Notes: generated by a model not told the origin, from the sequence alone. A stretch of 64,000 nt of DNA from the human T2T-CHM13v2.0 reference genome, Homo sapiens (GCF_009914755.1 NC_060927.1), one strand, 5' to 3'. Numbered from the stretch's first letter, positions 42,483 through 56,638 are shown. Translations and numbers: made by a program.

Positions 42483-42862
42483 TGATATGGTGTGGCTCTG
42501 TGTCCCCACCCAAATCTCATCTCAAGTTGGAATCCCCATGTGTCTCAGGACGGACCAGGTGGGAGGTGATGAGATTCTGGGGACAGATTTCCCTTTTGCT
42601 CCTCTCATGACAGTGAGTGAGTTCTTATAGGATCTGATGGTTTAAAAGTACATGGCACTTCTCCCTTCATTCTGTCTCACTCCTGCCACCACATAAGAAG
42701 TGCCTTACTTACCCTTCACCTTCCGCCATGATTTACATTTCCTGAGGCCTCAGAGCCATGCTTCCTTTTAAGCTTGCAGAAATGTGAGTCAATTAAACCT
42801 CTCTCCTTTGTAAATAACCCAGTCTCAGGTTTTCCTTTATAGCAGTGTGAGAACAGACTACA
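42483..42862 (+). mobile_element. THE1D/MSTA-type solo LTR
   Basis: tgatatggtgtggctctgtgtccccacccaaatctcat ... gtgagtcaattaaacctct; perfect TSD ATTGT. Confidence 0.92.
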
Positions 42863-43343
42863 ATTGTTAATTTCAATTATCTGCTTTTGTTTAAATTAAA
42901 TATGACATTTTAAGTAAAGTATCTAGTATAGTGCCTACCACATGGTCAGAATTAAATAATATGGTAGCTTTTCTTATTTTCTATACAAAATCTAGAATGT
43001 ATTGCAAAAAGTAGATTCACTAAGTATATTACAACATTTTCAATAAAATAAAATATATCCTGCAATAGAATCTGATGATGAATATGTATTCATACTCCAG
43101 GAGTTCTGCAAACTCAGCCTCAGCTCCATGGGGCATATTAATATCCTTAGAATGTGGCTATTGTTCTTATTTCCTAGTCTATAATCTTTCATTGTGCCAG
43201 CTAAAAGTCTTACCAATATCTCTCTCTACAAGTTTCTTTCTTCAAATTTAGAGGTACCATGCAAATTCTATTTAAAAAATAAGTGCTACATTCCCTTGGT
43301 TTCATAAAAAAGATGATATTAAAATCCCTACTTTAGAGATTAA

Positions 43344-43928
43344 TGTAGTCATTTTCTATTGCTGCATAGCAAATAGCCACAATGTAGTGGCTTAAAACAA
43401 TGCATCTTTATCAGCACACAGTTCTGTAGGTCAGAATCTTGGGCACGGTGTGACTGAGTTCTCTTCTCTGGGTGTAACAAAGGTAATATCAAAGTGTAAG
43501 TCAGGCTGCATATTCATCTGGAATTCAGAGCCTTCAGGTAAAGTCATGAGATTATGTCATTATTCAGTATCTTGTGACTGTAGAACTGATAACTCCACCT
43601 CTTTGCTAGCTGTTAGGTAAGGGTCGCTATCTGCTTCTAAAAGCCACCTGCATTTATTGACACACACCATCCTCCATCTTCGAATTCAGCCATAGAAAAT
43701 TGCCTTTGTGGTTCCAATCTTCATCACCAGAAGTCCATTCTAAGGCCTCACCTGATTTGGTTAGGCCCATCAGGCTATCATTGTTTAAAGTCATCTGATT
43801 TGGGATATTCATTACATCTGCAAAATCTCTTCACAGAAGCATTTACATTAGTGTTTGAGGAGGGAGAAAGCGTGTGCACATCAGTGCATGTACACTATGA
43901 AGGCCGTGTTAAAATTCTACCTACCAGA
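43344..43928 (-). mobile_element. MLT1E-type solo LTR
   Basis: ttctattgctgcatagcaaatagccac...gttctgtaggtcag...attacatctgcaaaatc...aattctacctacca. Confidence 0.82.
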
Positions 43929-44164
43929 GTTTAAAAACTTAGACTCACAGAAAAATAATGCACCAAAGATAACACAATAGAAGTAGTACAAAACCAGGAC
44001 AATATTCAATTCCATGTAATTTTATTAATGCAATCACATTATAGTATATTATCCTTTTACCATTATCTTCTAATATTCCTCAGTTACTTAAAGAATTATT
44101 GGGGTACATGTGTTTTCTTCTCTGTCTCCCTTTTTCTCTTTTACACCCTTTATTCCCAATGATA

Positions 44165-46300
44165 ATGTATGTATTTATTTATTCATTTATCAATTATTCA
44201 ACACATTTTAAGGACTTAAGATGAAAGAAATAAATGTAAATGATGCTTATGCCATCCGCTCATGGGAAACTAGGGGGTGGAAGAGTGAAATTGGAAGTAG
44301 GAAAACTATTAGGAAGTTATTACAGTAACATAAGTAACATATAATAATTACTTAGGCTACAATGTTATGAACGATGATAAAATGGTGTGATTAGATTCTG
44401 GATTTGCATGTGCTTATGTGAGAGAAAAAGAGAAGTCAAGGATGATGACCAAGCCTTTTGTCCTGAGTTTGTTTTAAAATACAGCAGCCATATAATAAGT
44501 CAGGAAAGACTCAGGGATGAGTAGACTTTGGCAGCAAGATATGAGAATAAATTTTAAAACTCCAACCCTGTTAATTTTGAAGTTTCTAAAACCTCAATTA
44601 TTGAATAGGCAGTGGGGTATATGAGTCTTATGTATAGGGATTAGGGCAGGATTGAGTTATAGATATAAGCTTGAGAATCTCTGGCTTAAAGATAATATTT
44701 TAAACCAAAAAGTAATTTAGATAAACTAAAAATGTAAATGTCCATAGAGAGCATAAGAATCCATGAATTAACTACTGGGTAACTACAACATTTAAAGGTT
44801 AGAAGAATAAAAGCTTTGCAGCAATGTAGACTGTGAATTAGGAGGAGGCTTAAGAGCTAGAATAACTTCAAAGGCCAAGTGAATAAAGTATTTCAAGTTG
44901 AACAATTATTTCAGATGGTACTGATAGATTAAAATGGATACTGAGAAAAATTACTATTGAATATGACAACATGGATATGATTGGAGACTTGACAAGAGCA
45001 ATTTTTATGAAGTATTAATATTTGGAAACAAATGGATTCATAATAGGATGGAAAGTCAGGAATTGCCAACATTGAGTACAGAAAAAATTTCTTAAGAGGT
45101 TTTATTATAAGTGAGAAATGAACTGAGATGAGATGGAAATAATAATTTTAGTGAGATGTAAAACAGAACAATTTTTTTGAAAACTAGAATTGTAATACCA
45201 TGTGTTCTTGCTGATAATGACTTAGACAATAAAAAAGAAAATTGATTACATTGGGTATAAAACTTCAGAATTGGTGTCCTTAGGTGAAGAGTGGATATGC
45301 TTCATTGCAGCAGAGTGGTCACATTAGATGGGAGTGCACACATTGCAGAAGGAGGAAAGTATGAGTGCATAATCACTTTTCTGCAGGTTGGTAGCTTCAT
45401 GGGAAAGCATGTAGAATTTCTCTTTTTAGTGATATCAAAAAGCAAAGTCATCTTATTGCTTCTTTTTATCAGTGATATAAAAAGCAAATGTATTAGCTGA
45501 GAATGAGGAATTGACAGAAGGTTTCACACATTTAGAGAGAGAGAAAATAGTAAAATGGTCATCTGGCAAATAGTGAGAATGATTGACTAGTGAAATGTAT
45601 TAAGCTTGTTAGGTGAAGCTTAAAGATCATCTTCAAATTAGCAGGGATACATTTAATGAATTTGAAATAATGCTAGTCAGTATCATTGTGTGCATTAGAT
45701 GACTTGGAGACCATTGCCGAGTAGATGGGGATTTGAATTTAACAAGGTTTGAAGATTCAAAAGGAGTATGATAGAGTATGAGATGCAAATAATCTGAGAG
45801 TTTCTGTAAGGGAATAATTATAAAGACCCCCAAAGAAAATCTAAGAAAATGGAGAGGTCTGCAGTTAATAGTCAGAACACAGTCTAATGCATGAGTATGG
45901 GAACGTGTGGCTGAGGATGGGTTCAGGATAAGTTAACTAGAAGTGAAGTTGTTTAAAAGCTGAGGAACCAGGATATTAACAAGATTCTCTAAGATGTATT
46001 GAAATCATTTTAAAATTCTTGTACAACAATTCCATATTATTTCTTGCAGAAACGATCTGGAGTTCTCTAGAAGTCAATTGCTAATTGCTATAAGGAGGGG
46101 AAACAGGGAGTGCAGCCTCATGGCATGAGCTTCAAAGGAGTTGATGTTAGAAGAGAAGAAGACGAAATAATGGTCTGCACTAAAAATAAGATGAAAGAAG
46201 AAGTCCTCACCTATCTCTAGGCCTAATTGTTAGACTTTATTGGAGATAAAACAGCCAACATTTTAAAGGACTCCAGGGGGTCGGTGAACTCAACGGGAGG
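44165..46300 (-). mobile_element. Long degenerate L2
   Basis: attcattt...attcaaca 3' end, agaagtcaaggatga...gagacttgacaagagca and colinear purine-rich L2 text. Confidence 0.65.
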
Positions 46301-47296
46301 GTTAGCTGAAGGTCTGTGAGTTAAAGAGAGTGTGGAAGAGGAGAGTTCTTGGGCTTGAGAGCAGAAAACCAGAAAATTCACTGAGCTCTTGAGAGAGTAG
46401 AGTTCTAGGTAAGATGGGATCCCTGGGAACATTGAGTTTCCTGTGGTGACCGACCTAAGCAGAGATAAAGGATTTGATGGCATTAATCCTTATGACCTCT
46501 ATTAGGCAGCTATTGTGAGTGTGGTTTTAGTGTCTGTGGAGGTGGAGTAGCTGGAATAATTTTACCAGCATAACTCAGAACTTTGAGAGATTTAACCTTA
46601 GGAAATCCAAGTCACACTCTCACTATTGCTGACCCCGTTGAAGCTGGTAGAGAAATATTAATATGGAAAAATCATTCAGAATCTCTCTCTTTCTCAAAAG
46701 GAAATGACCACATAAAATGTAGGTATGAGAAATTCTAGGAGTTACTCCCATCCTCATACAATGAGGCTGCACTCCCTGTTAGAGGACGTAGTAACTCTGT
46801 ACTTCCTAATAAAAGAAATTATGCTTTAAAGAATATTTTCAGACACCCCAGAATCTTATAGTAGCAATTGCTAAAGCCGTTGAAATATGTACTCAAAAGC
46901 TCTTTTCTAAATTTTTGTAATATGATTTGTCTACTTCCTGTTTCTGTTCTTTGTTTTCAGGACACCGAAATTCACAATTTCCACAACAGTATTAATCAGC
47001 TACTAAGGATTCAGTTAAGTGTTCTATATTGATATTAGTTAATTTCTAGTGTTGCAATATTCATATTCATATTCATTATTCCAAATATTAAATATAATGC
47101 TATTATGAATAGGCTATAGACTCAGGAAAATTGACCAGAAAACTTAACTCACATATTTTCAAGAAATAACCCAGACCTAAAAATTCAGCAATAATTGTCT
47201 ATATAAATTGCACCCCAGAGCAAGAGTATGTATAGCAAACATACAAACTTGTGCTCTGGAACACAAATGTACAGAAAACTTTTTAAGTTTTGTCTT

Positions 47297-50170
47297 AAAA
47301 ATACATTTTAAGGCAAAAACTATGGAAAGAGACAAAGGAGGTCATCATATAGTGATAAAGAAATCAATTCAGCAAAAGAATATAACAATTCTAAATATAT
47401 ATGCCTCAACACTGAAGCACTCAGATATATAATGTGAATATTATTAGAACTAAAGAGAGAAAAAGATCCAAATAAAATAATAGCTGGAGACATCAACAGC
47501 CTACTTTCAGCACTGGACATATTTACCAGACAGAAAACTGACAAAGAAACACTGAACTTAATCTGCATTGTAGACAAAACTGACATAATAGATATTTAAA
47601 GAACATTTTTTCCAATAGCTGCAGGAATCACATTCTTCTCCCGAAGGAGAAGAATGGACCATTCTCAAGGATAGACCATATGTTAGGATACAAAACATAC
47701 TCTTTAAAGGATCAAAAAAATTGAAATTTTATCAAGTATCTTCGCTGACCACAATTTTTTTAAAAAAGAGTATTTGTGTAGTTTTATCCGACTATACAAA
47801 TACTATTTGTATAGTCGGATAAAACTACACAAACACATGAAAATTATACAAACACATTAAACTATACAAACTATAGTTTGGAAACTATACAAACACATGA
47901 AACTATATAAACACATGAAATTTAAACAATATGCTCCTTAATGACTGATGGGTCAATACAAATGTTAAGGACATTTTAAAATTCCTTGAAACAAATAAAA
48001 ATGAAAACACAACATACCAAAACCTATGGGATACAGTGAAAGCAGTACTAACAGGAAAGTTTATAGCAGTAAGTGCCTACATCAAGAAACTAGAAAAATA
48101 TCAATTAAACAACCCAGTAATGCATCTTAAAGAAATAGAAAAGCAAGAGCACAGCAATCCTAAAATTAGTAGAAAAGAAATAATACAGATCTGAGCAGAA
48201 ATCAAAGATATTAAAACCAAAAATCCACAAAATATCAGCAAAATCAAAAGTTGGTTTTTTGAATAAACAAAATCAACAAATCTTTAGCCAGACTAAGAAA
48301 AACAGAGAAGATTCAAATAAAGAAAATCAGAGATTTTAAAAAAGGACACATTATGATTGATACTGAAGAAATTCAAAGAATCATCAGAGATTATGAGCAA
48401 CTATATGCCAACAAGTTGGACAACCTAGAAGAAATGGATGAATTCCTAAATACATATATGCTACCAAGACTGAACTATAAAGAAACACTCTGGATAAAAT
48501 TCAACATCCCTTCATATAAAAACCTTCAAAAAACTGACGTATAGAAAGGAGCATACCGCCACACAATAAAAGCCATGTATGACAGACACATAGCTAGTAT
48601 CATACTGAATGGTGAAAAACTGGACACTTTTTCTCTAAGATCTGGAACAAGACAAGGATGTTCCACTTTTACCTCTGTTATTCAACACAGTACCAGAAGC
48701 CCTAGCTAGAGAAATCAGAAAAGAGAAAGAAATAAACAGCATCTAAATTGGAAAAAAAGAAGTAAAATTATCTTTGCAGATGACATAATTTTATATTTAA
48801 GAAAGCCTAAAAACTCCATGAAAACACTATTAGAACTAATAAATTCTGTAAACTTGCAGAATATAAAATCAGCATACAAAAATCAATACATTTTTGTATG
48901 CCAACAGTGAACAATCTGAAAAAGAAACCAAAAAAGTAATCTCATTTACAATAGCTAAAAACAAGACACCTATGAATAAAGCACAGGCAACCAAAGCAAA
49001 AATAGACAAATGGGATAACATCAAGTTAAAAGGCTTCTGCACAGCAAAGGAAACAATCAACAAAGTGAAGAGACAACCAACAAACTGGGAGAAAATATTT
49101 GTAAACTATCCATCTGACAAGGGATTAATAACCAGAATATATAAAGAACACAAAAAAACTCCATAAAAAAAATCTAACAATCTGTTTTAAAAATGGGCAA
49201 AAGACCTGAATAGATACTTCTCAAAAGAGGACATACAAATAGAAAATAGGTATACAAAAATGTATTCAACATTGTGGATCATCAGAGAAATACAAATTAA
49301 AACTACAATGAGAAATTATCTCATCCCAGTAAAAATGGCTGTTTTCCAAAAAGAAGACAATAACAAATGCTGGTGAGGATGTGGAGGAAAGGAAATTCTC
49401 ACACACTGGTGGTGGAAATGTAAATTAATACAGCCACTGTGAAGAACAGTTTGGAGGTTTCTCAAAAAACTAAAAGTAGAATTACTCAGCAATCCCACTG
49501 CTATGTATATATCCAAAAGAAAGGAAATCAGTATATTAAAGAGATATTTGCACTCCTATGTTTACTGCAGTATAATTCACAATAGCCAAGATTTAGAATT
49601 AAACTGAATATCTATTAACAGAAAAATGGATAAATAAAACAGGGTATATATACATGATGGAGGAATATTTGGCCATGAAAAAGAATGAGAGTCTGTCATC
49701 TGCAACAACATGAATGGAACTGCAGCACTGTTAAGTGAAATATGCCAGGCACAGAAAGACAAACATCACATGCCCTTGCTCCTTTGTGGGAGTGAAGAAA
49801 TAAAACAACTGAACTCATGGTGATAGAGAGTAGAATGATGGTTGCCAGAGACCAGAAAGAGTGACAAGGGGGCAAGTGGGAATGGTCAATGAGTACAAAA
49901 ATATAGTTAGATAGAATAAACAAGACCTAGCATTTCATAGCACAATAGGGTGACTACAGTCAACAATAGTTTATTGTGCCTTTTAAAATAAATAAAAGAG
50001 TATAATTGGTATATTTATAACACAAAGAAATGATAGATCTTTGAAATGACGCATACCCCATTTTCCCTGTGATTACTATGCATTGTATGCTTGTATCAAA
50101 ATATCTCACATACCTAAAAATATATATATATACTTATTATGTACTAATAAAATTAAAAGTAAATAAAATT
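47297..50170 (+). mobile_element. L1MA2/3-like element: ORF2 remnants with two large internal deletions (about 48485 and 48965) and a complete 3'UTR
   Basis: ORF2 peptides ([28 protein letters not shown]; [20 protein letters not shown]) and an L1MA 3'UTR. Confidence 0.9.
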
Positions 50171-50224
50171 CAAAAAATTGTGCCCATGCATCTTTGTGTT
50201 CATGTACTTTTACATACGTGTGTA

Positions 50225-50725
50225 TGTATATTTCAGGAGAGTTTTCTAAGGTGGCCCTGGACCAAAAAGTTACTTTTATTTTCTCACTTGTAGTTCTAAA
50301 GAATAACTGTAGAATATGCTGGGCATGCAATACGTTGTGATAAGGGACAGCTGACCAGAACAGCCTGGGCCCTATTTCAGTCCCTCAGTAGAAACAGAAT
50401 GTCCTTCAATGCTCTTGTGCAGTGATTCACTTTGTCCTGAGGTGTAAAACACGGGGGTGGGGGTGCTTTCTTTCGTGACAATAATTCCTCAGTTGTGGTG
50501 CAAGTGGTACATGTGCAGTCAGAATTCAACCATTCTGGACAGTTTTCTGAGCATTGAGATCAGCTCACAGTGAGCCTTAGGCTTCTATTTTGCATTGCTG
50601 CCTATCTGTAAGCAATAAATTCATTTCATGTAACAAGTAACTTGGTAACTTGTTGCATATGATTGTGTTCTGTCTCATCAAAATCAGAGAAGCTGGTAAA
50701 CAATGCACAGTGGTCCTGCTTCATA
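50225..50725 (+). mobile_element. ERVL solo LTR (LTR32-like)
   Basis: gtggccctggac...ttgtagttctaaagaataactgtagaat...ctgcctatctgtaagcaataaa...cctgcttcata. Confidence 0.65.
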
Positions 50726-52203
50726 CATATATAAGAATATGAATAAGTATGTAGATGAAATGACCAGGGTCTATTTTGTCTTGACCCAAGAAGCGAAGCA
50801 GTGACTCCACTGAGCCAAAATGCCTTCCCAACAACCCTACCCAGGCAAGCAGATTCCCACCTCTGTGCATTTTAGAGATTACAGGCTGGATCTGCTTACT
50901 TCAGGAGGTCAAACAGCAACTCTACTGAGACAAAAGCTCACCCCATGGCTCCACCCTGACAGAGAGACTATCCTCAACTGTGCATTTCCAAAGAGAACAG
51001 CCTCTGGACCCCCCCGTCCTGAGCAGCAACTGCACCTAACTTCAGGGATCAGCATGCGTTCCTGCTAAACTGCAGATCCTCATAGCAAAATTGTCTGGCT
51101 AGGAAATACATCTTGTGATTGACATGACACAAGGAGCTATTGCAGTACTTAGCGAGAAGCTTCACCTGATAGCCAAACTCAGCCACTGATCTCACCATAC
51201 AGTGTAGAGCACCTCCAGCCCCATCCAACCTCAGAATAAAGACAATGACCCATCTAAGTGGAGAACTGACAACAATTTCTGCCTGCCTAGTGTCATCAAC
51301 AGCTGACCCTTCCAGAATCATAGAATATACTGAATAGTGAGGGTCTATCTCTAACAAAACAAACAAAACAAAATGAAAACAAAACTACCTATAAACCCAG
51401 AAGAAGGAGCTGTCTTCTCAAATGTGCAGACAATTATGCAGACACAAGGATTAAGACCATTCGTGGAACAATGACTCCTCCTAAAGAAACTGCCAACAAT
51501 GAACCCTGCAAAAATAGAGGTTTAGGAATTTTTGTCAGACAATTCAGAATAATACTCAAAGAAGGTCAGAGCATGGTAAGAATATATGAGTTAAAAACTG
51601 GATGAAATTTGAAAAATAATACATGAAAAAAGTCAGAAGGTAGACAAAAAATAGAAACAATTATAAAGAACTGGATAGAAATAGTAGAGATGAGGAACGG
51701 AATGAATGAACAAAAAGCTTCACAAAACAGCTTGAATAACAAACTTGGTCATGTAGAAGAACGAATCAGTGATGTGGAAGATGGAAGAATTAAAATTATC
51801 CAATCAGGAAGCAAAAAGATAGAAACAATTTTAAAAGTATCCATTCAGGAAGCAAAAAGAAAAATACAATTTAAAAATGAAGAAAGCCAATAGGAATTAT
51901 GGGACACCATTATGGGACAAAACTTTGGCATAATAGGAGTTTCATGAGGAGAATAATTTCTTTAAAGGGACTAGAAAGCATATTTATAGAAATAATAGAT
52001 GAAAACGTTTCTATTTTGGAGATAGATACCAATACCCAGGTACAAGATAGGCAGAAGTCTCCAATCAAATTCAACTGAGAGAGGATAACACTAAGACACA
52101 TAACAATCAAATGATCAAGAATCAAAGACAAAATATCAAAATCAAAGACAAAAAATTCTGAGAGCCCCAAAAGATAAATAATGCATGACATACAGAGGAA
52201 CGC

Positions 52204-54695
52204 TGTGTTAATCCATTTGTGTTGCTATAAAGAAATATCTGAGCCTGGGCAATTTATAAAGAAAAGAGGTTGAGTTCAGTTCACAGTTCTACACACTGTA
52301 CAGGAAGCATGGTGCCAGCATATAATTCTGGTGAGGCCTCAGGAAGCTTACAGTCATGGTGGAAGGAGAAGGAGGAGCAGGCATGTCACATGATGAGAAG
52401 GAGTAATACAGTGAGGAAGTGCCAGGGTTTTTGAACAACCAACTTTCATGTGAACTGATAACTTATTTCTTATAATGGGGAAAGTGCCAAGCCATTCATG
52501 AAGGATCCTCCCTTATGAACCAAACACCTCCCATCAGGCCCTATCTCCAACACTGGAGATCACATTTCAACATGAGATTTGAAGAGGACAAAACATTGAA
52601 ACCATATTATTCCACTCCTGGCTCCTCAAATCTCATATTCTTCTCAGATTGCAAAATACAATAATCCCTATCCAGTAGTCCCTCAAAATCTTAACTTTTT
52701 CCAGCATCACTCAGAAACCCCAAATTCAGTCTCATCTGGAACTCAAGGTAAGTTCCTTCCACCTATGAGCCTATAAAATAAAAATTTTTTAAAAGCTATT
52801 TACTTCCAAGATACAATGGCGGCACAGGAATTTGGTACACATTCCTATTCCAAAACAGAGAAATTGGCTAAAAGAAAGCGGTAACATTTCCCATACAATC
52901 TGAACCCCAGCAGGGCAGTTATTAAATCTTAAAGCTCCAAAATAATCTCCTTTGCCATTCTGTCCTGAATCCAGGGAACACTGGTGCAAGGAGTGGGCTT
53001 CCATGGCCTTAAGCAGCTCTACCTCTGTGGCTTTGCAGAGTGCAGCTCCCCAGGCTGCTCACATAGGTTGGAGTTGAGTGCCTTTGGCTTTTCCAGGCTC
53101 AGGGTGCAAACTGCCAGTGGCTCTACCATTCTGGGTTCTTGAGGGTGGCAGCCCCCTTACCACAGCTCCAATAGGCAGTGTCCTCGTGGAGACTCTGTGT
53201 GGGGGCTCTAACTCCACATTTCTCCTGAGCATTGCCCTAGTAGAGGCTCTGCCATAGTTCCATTCTTGTAGCAGACTTCTGCCTGGACACCCAGGCTTTC
53301 CCATACATCCTCTGAAATCTAGCTGGAACCTGCTCAGCCTCCTTGGCTGGAACTGCCAAGCAAGTCTTACATGCTATGCACTTGCAGGCTTAATATCACA
53401 TGGAAGCTACCAGAACTTAGAGTAGCTTGTGCCCTTCAGAGCACAAGTATATCTGTGGCAGCTTGAAGTATATCTGTGGTCCTTTGAGCCAAGGTTGGAG
53501 CCAGAGTGGCCTGGATGCAGGGAACAGTGCCCTGAGGCTGCACAAGGTGGCAAGGCCATATGCCTGGTTTCCAGAATAATTTTTTCCTCCTAGGCCCCTG
53601 AACCTGTGATAAGAAAGGCTGTCTCAAAGATCTCTGAAATGCCTTCAAAGCCTTTTCTTCATTGTCTTGAATATTAGCACTTGGCCCCCTTTTAGGCATG
53701 CAAATCTCTCCCTAGCAAGTTGTAACTCAGCACCCCACCTGAGTTCCTTTCCTAAAAATATTAATTTCTTCTCTACCATATAATCAGCTTGCAAATTTTC
53801 CAAGAGCTTTTCATTCCTCCTCCTTTTTAATTACAAATTCCAACTTCAAGTCATTCCTTTGTTCCCATATCTGATTGTAGACATTAGAAGCAGCCAGGCC
53901 ACATATTGACCACTTTGCTACTTAGAAATATTTTTCAGCCAGTATACCCTAATTCGTCACTCTTAAGTTCAACCTTCCACAGATCCCTAGCACATGAACA
54001 CAATGCAGCCAACTTCTCTGTTAAGGTTTAGCATGGGTGAGCTTAACTGAAGTTCCCCATAACTTCCCCACTGCCATCTGAGACCTTAGCCTGTCTTTGC
54101 CCATATTTCTACCAGTATTTTGGTCACAACCACTTAATAAGTCTCTAAGAAGTTTCAACTTTCCCTTTTCTTCCTTTCTTCTGAGACCTCCAAACACTTC
54201 CAACCTCTGCCTGTTAGCCAGTTCCAAAGCCATTTTCACATCTTCAGCTATCTTTATAGCAATGTCCCACTGCTCAGTACCAATTTTCTATGTTAGTCCA
54301 CATCTATTTCTATAAAGAAATACCTAAGACTGGGTAATTTATAAAGAAATGAAGTTTATTTTGTCTCATGATTCTGTAGACTGTATCATAAGCATGGTGC
54401 CAACATCTGCTTCTTGTAATGCTTCAGGAAGCTTACAATCATGATGGAAGGTGAAGGGGAAGCAAGCATGTCATATGGTGAGAGAGAGTAAGAAAGAGTG
54501 GGGAGGAGGTGCCAGACTTTTTAAACAACCAGATTTAATGGGGACTGAATGAGAACTCACTCATTACCATGGAAATGGCATCAAGTCATTTACCTCCTCC
54601 ATAACTTAAGCATCTCCCATCAGGCCCAACCTGCAACACTGGATGTCACATTTTAACATGAGATTTGGAGGGGTAAATACTACCAAGCCATTTAA
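52204..54695 (-). mobile_element. Full MSTB-type MaLR provirus: LTR 52204-52609, internal 52610-54288, LTR 54289-54695
   Basis: Two direct LTRs, MaLR internal ORF remnants (ELEPPHRV; MALELANRQ), TSD AACGC/AATGC. Confidence 0.92.
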
Positions 54696-56208
54696 AATGC
54701 CAATACAACTGTCCATGAATTTTCAGCTTAGAAAGCTGAAGAGAGTGGAATAAGATATTCAAAGTGCTGAAGGAAAAAACCTTCCACCAAGAATATCTTA
54801 TCCAATAAAGCTATCTTTCAGAAATGAGTGAGAAAAGACTATATAAGAATAACAAGAACCCAGGGAATATATCACCACTAAACTTGCCTTGCAGAAATTG
54901 CTAGAGGTAGTTCTTTATACTGCAACAAAAAGCTCCTAAGTAATAGCATTAAACATATGAAAGTACAAAACTCAATGGTGTAAGTAAAAAGTGCCATTTT
55001 TTGGAATACTCTAGGACTCTAATGATGACGTGCAAGCGTTAAAAGATAAAACTGTTAACAAAGGCTAAAATAAATTGTCAAAAGATACACATTACAAAAT
55101 TCCAATTGCATTTTTCACAAAAATAGAAAAGACAATTCTAAAATTCATATGGATTGTGAAAGACCCCACATAGCCATAACAATATTGAGGAAGAAAAGCA
55201 AAGTTGGACACTTCATACTTCTGATTTTTATATTATAAATTACAAATTATACTGCAAAATTATAGTAATCAATGAAATATGGTACTGACATAAAAACAAA
55301 CAGATTAATGGAACAGAATAGGGAAACCAAGGATATACAGTCAACTGATTTTTGACAAGGCCACCAAGAAGACACAATAGAGAAAAAAACAAATGGTATC
55401 TTCAATAAATACTGTTGGGAAAACCAGATATCCACATGCAAAGGAACTAACCTGTATTCTTATACTGTCCATGAAACTGCAAATCTCCTAGGAGAAAATA
55501 GGAAAAGGCTTTGGCCTTTGCCATGACTATTTTTGGATATCACACCAAAGCTCAGGCAAAAAAAGCAAACATAAACAAGTAGGACTACATTAAAATAAAA
55601 AGCTTTTGTGGAGCAAAGGAAACAATCAAGAAAATGAAAAAGCAGTCTATGGATTGGGAGATAACATTTGCAAACTATATATCTGATAAGGGGTTAATAT
55701 CCAAAATATATAATGAACTCACATAACTTGATAACAAAGAATAAATAAACATAAAAAAATAAAATAAGCCATGGATCTGAATAGATATTTCTCCAAAGAA
55801 AACATGAAAAATGGCCAACAGGTCACTGAACTAGCCTTAAGAAAATGGTCAGTAGGTATTTGATGAGGTGCTCCACGTTATTAACTATCAGAGATATGCA
55901 AATCAAAACATCAAGGTATCATCCCACTCCTTTTAGTATGGCTATTGTCAAAATGACAAGAAATTACAATTGTAGTTAAGAGTAAAAGGGAAAAAAAAAC
56001 ACCCTTGTACACTTTTGGTGGGAATATAAACTGGCACAACCATTAGGTGAAACAGTATTGCATTTCAAAAAATTAAAAGATAAACCAACTGTGTGACTCA
56101 ATAATCCCTGTCCTGGGTATATACCCAAACAAAATAAAATCACTACCTCATAGAGGTATCTGCACTCCCTTATTCACTGCAGCATTACTCACAATAGCCA
56201 AGCTGTTG

Positions 56209-56512
56209 GGTCAGGCATAGTGGCTCATGGCTTTAATCCCAGCACTTTGGGAGGCTGAGGCAGAAGGAATGCTTGAGGCCAGGAGTTTAAGACCCAACTT
56301 GTGCAACTCATGGAGACCCCACTTCTACAAAAAATCAATAATAAAAAATAGCTAGGTGTGGAGGTGTGCACTTGTGGTTTTAACTACTGGGGAAGCTGAG
56401 GCAGGAGGATGCCTTGAGTCCTTCAGTTCAAAGCTCTGGTGAGCTATGACTACATCATTGCATTCCAGCCTGGGCGACAGAGTGAGACTCTGTCTCTAAA
56501 ATAAAAATAAAA
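56209..56512 (+). mobile_element. AluJ (Jo/Jr-like)
   Basis: gcttgaggccagg and gtgagctatga J-type diagnostics; highly diverged. Confidence 0.92.
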
Positions 56513-56583
56513 TATCTGGAAACAATCTAAGTTCCCATTTACAGGTGAATGTATAAGGAAACTATGGTTTCTTTATACATTTA

Positions 56584-56586
<3 letters not shown>

Positions 56587-56633
<47 letters not shown>
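56587..56633. repeat. Pure (AT)23 microsatellite
   Basis: Seen directly. Confidence 0.97.

Positions 56634-56638
<5 letters not shown>

Noticed and set aside
46935-47020. Strong polypyrimidine acceptor at 46960
   Set aside because: No good downstream donor and no coding evidence
47755-47925. CRISPR-like repeat array
   Set aside because: The repeats derive from L1, have no unique spacers, and the context is mammalian with no cas genes
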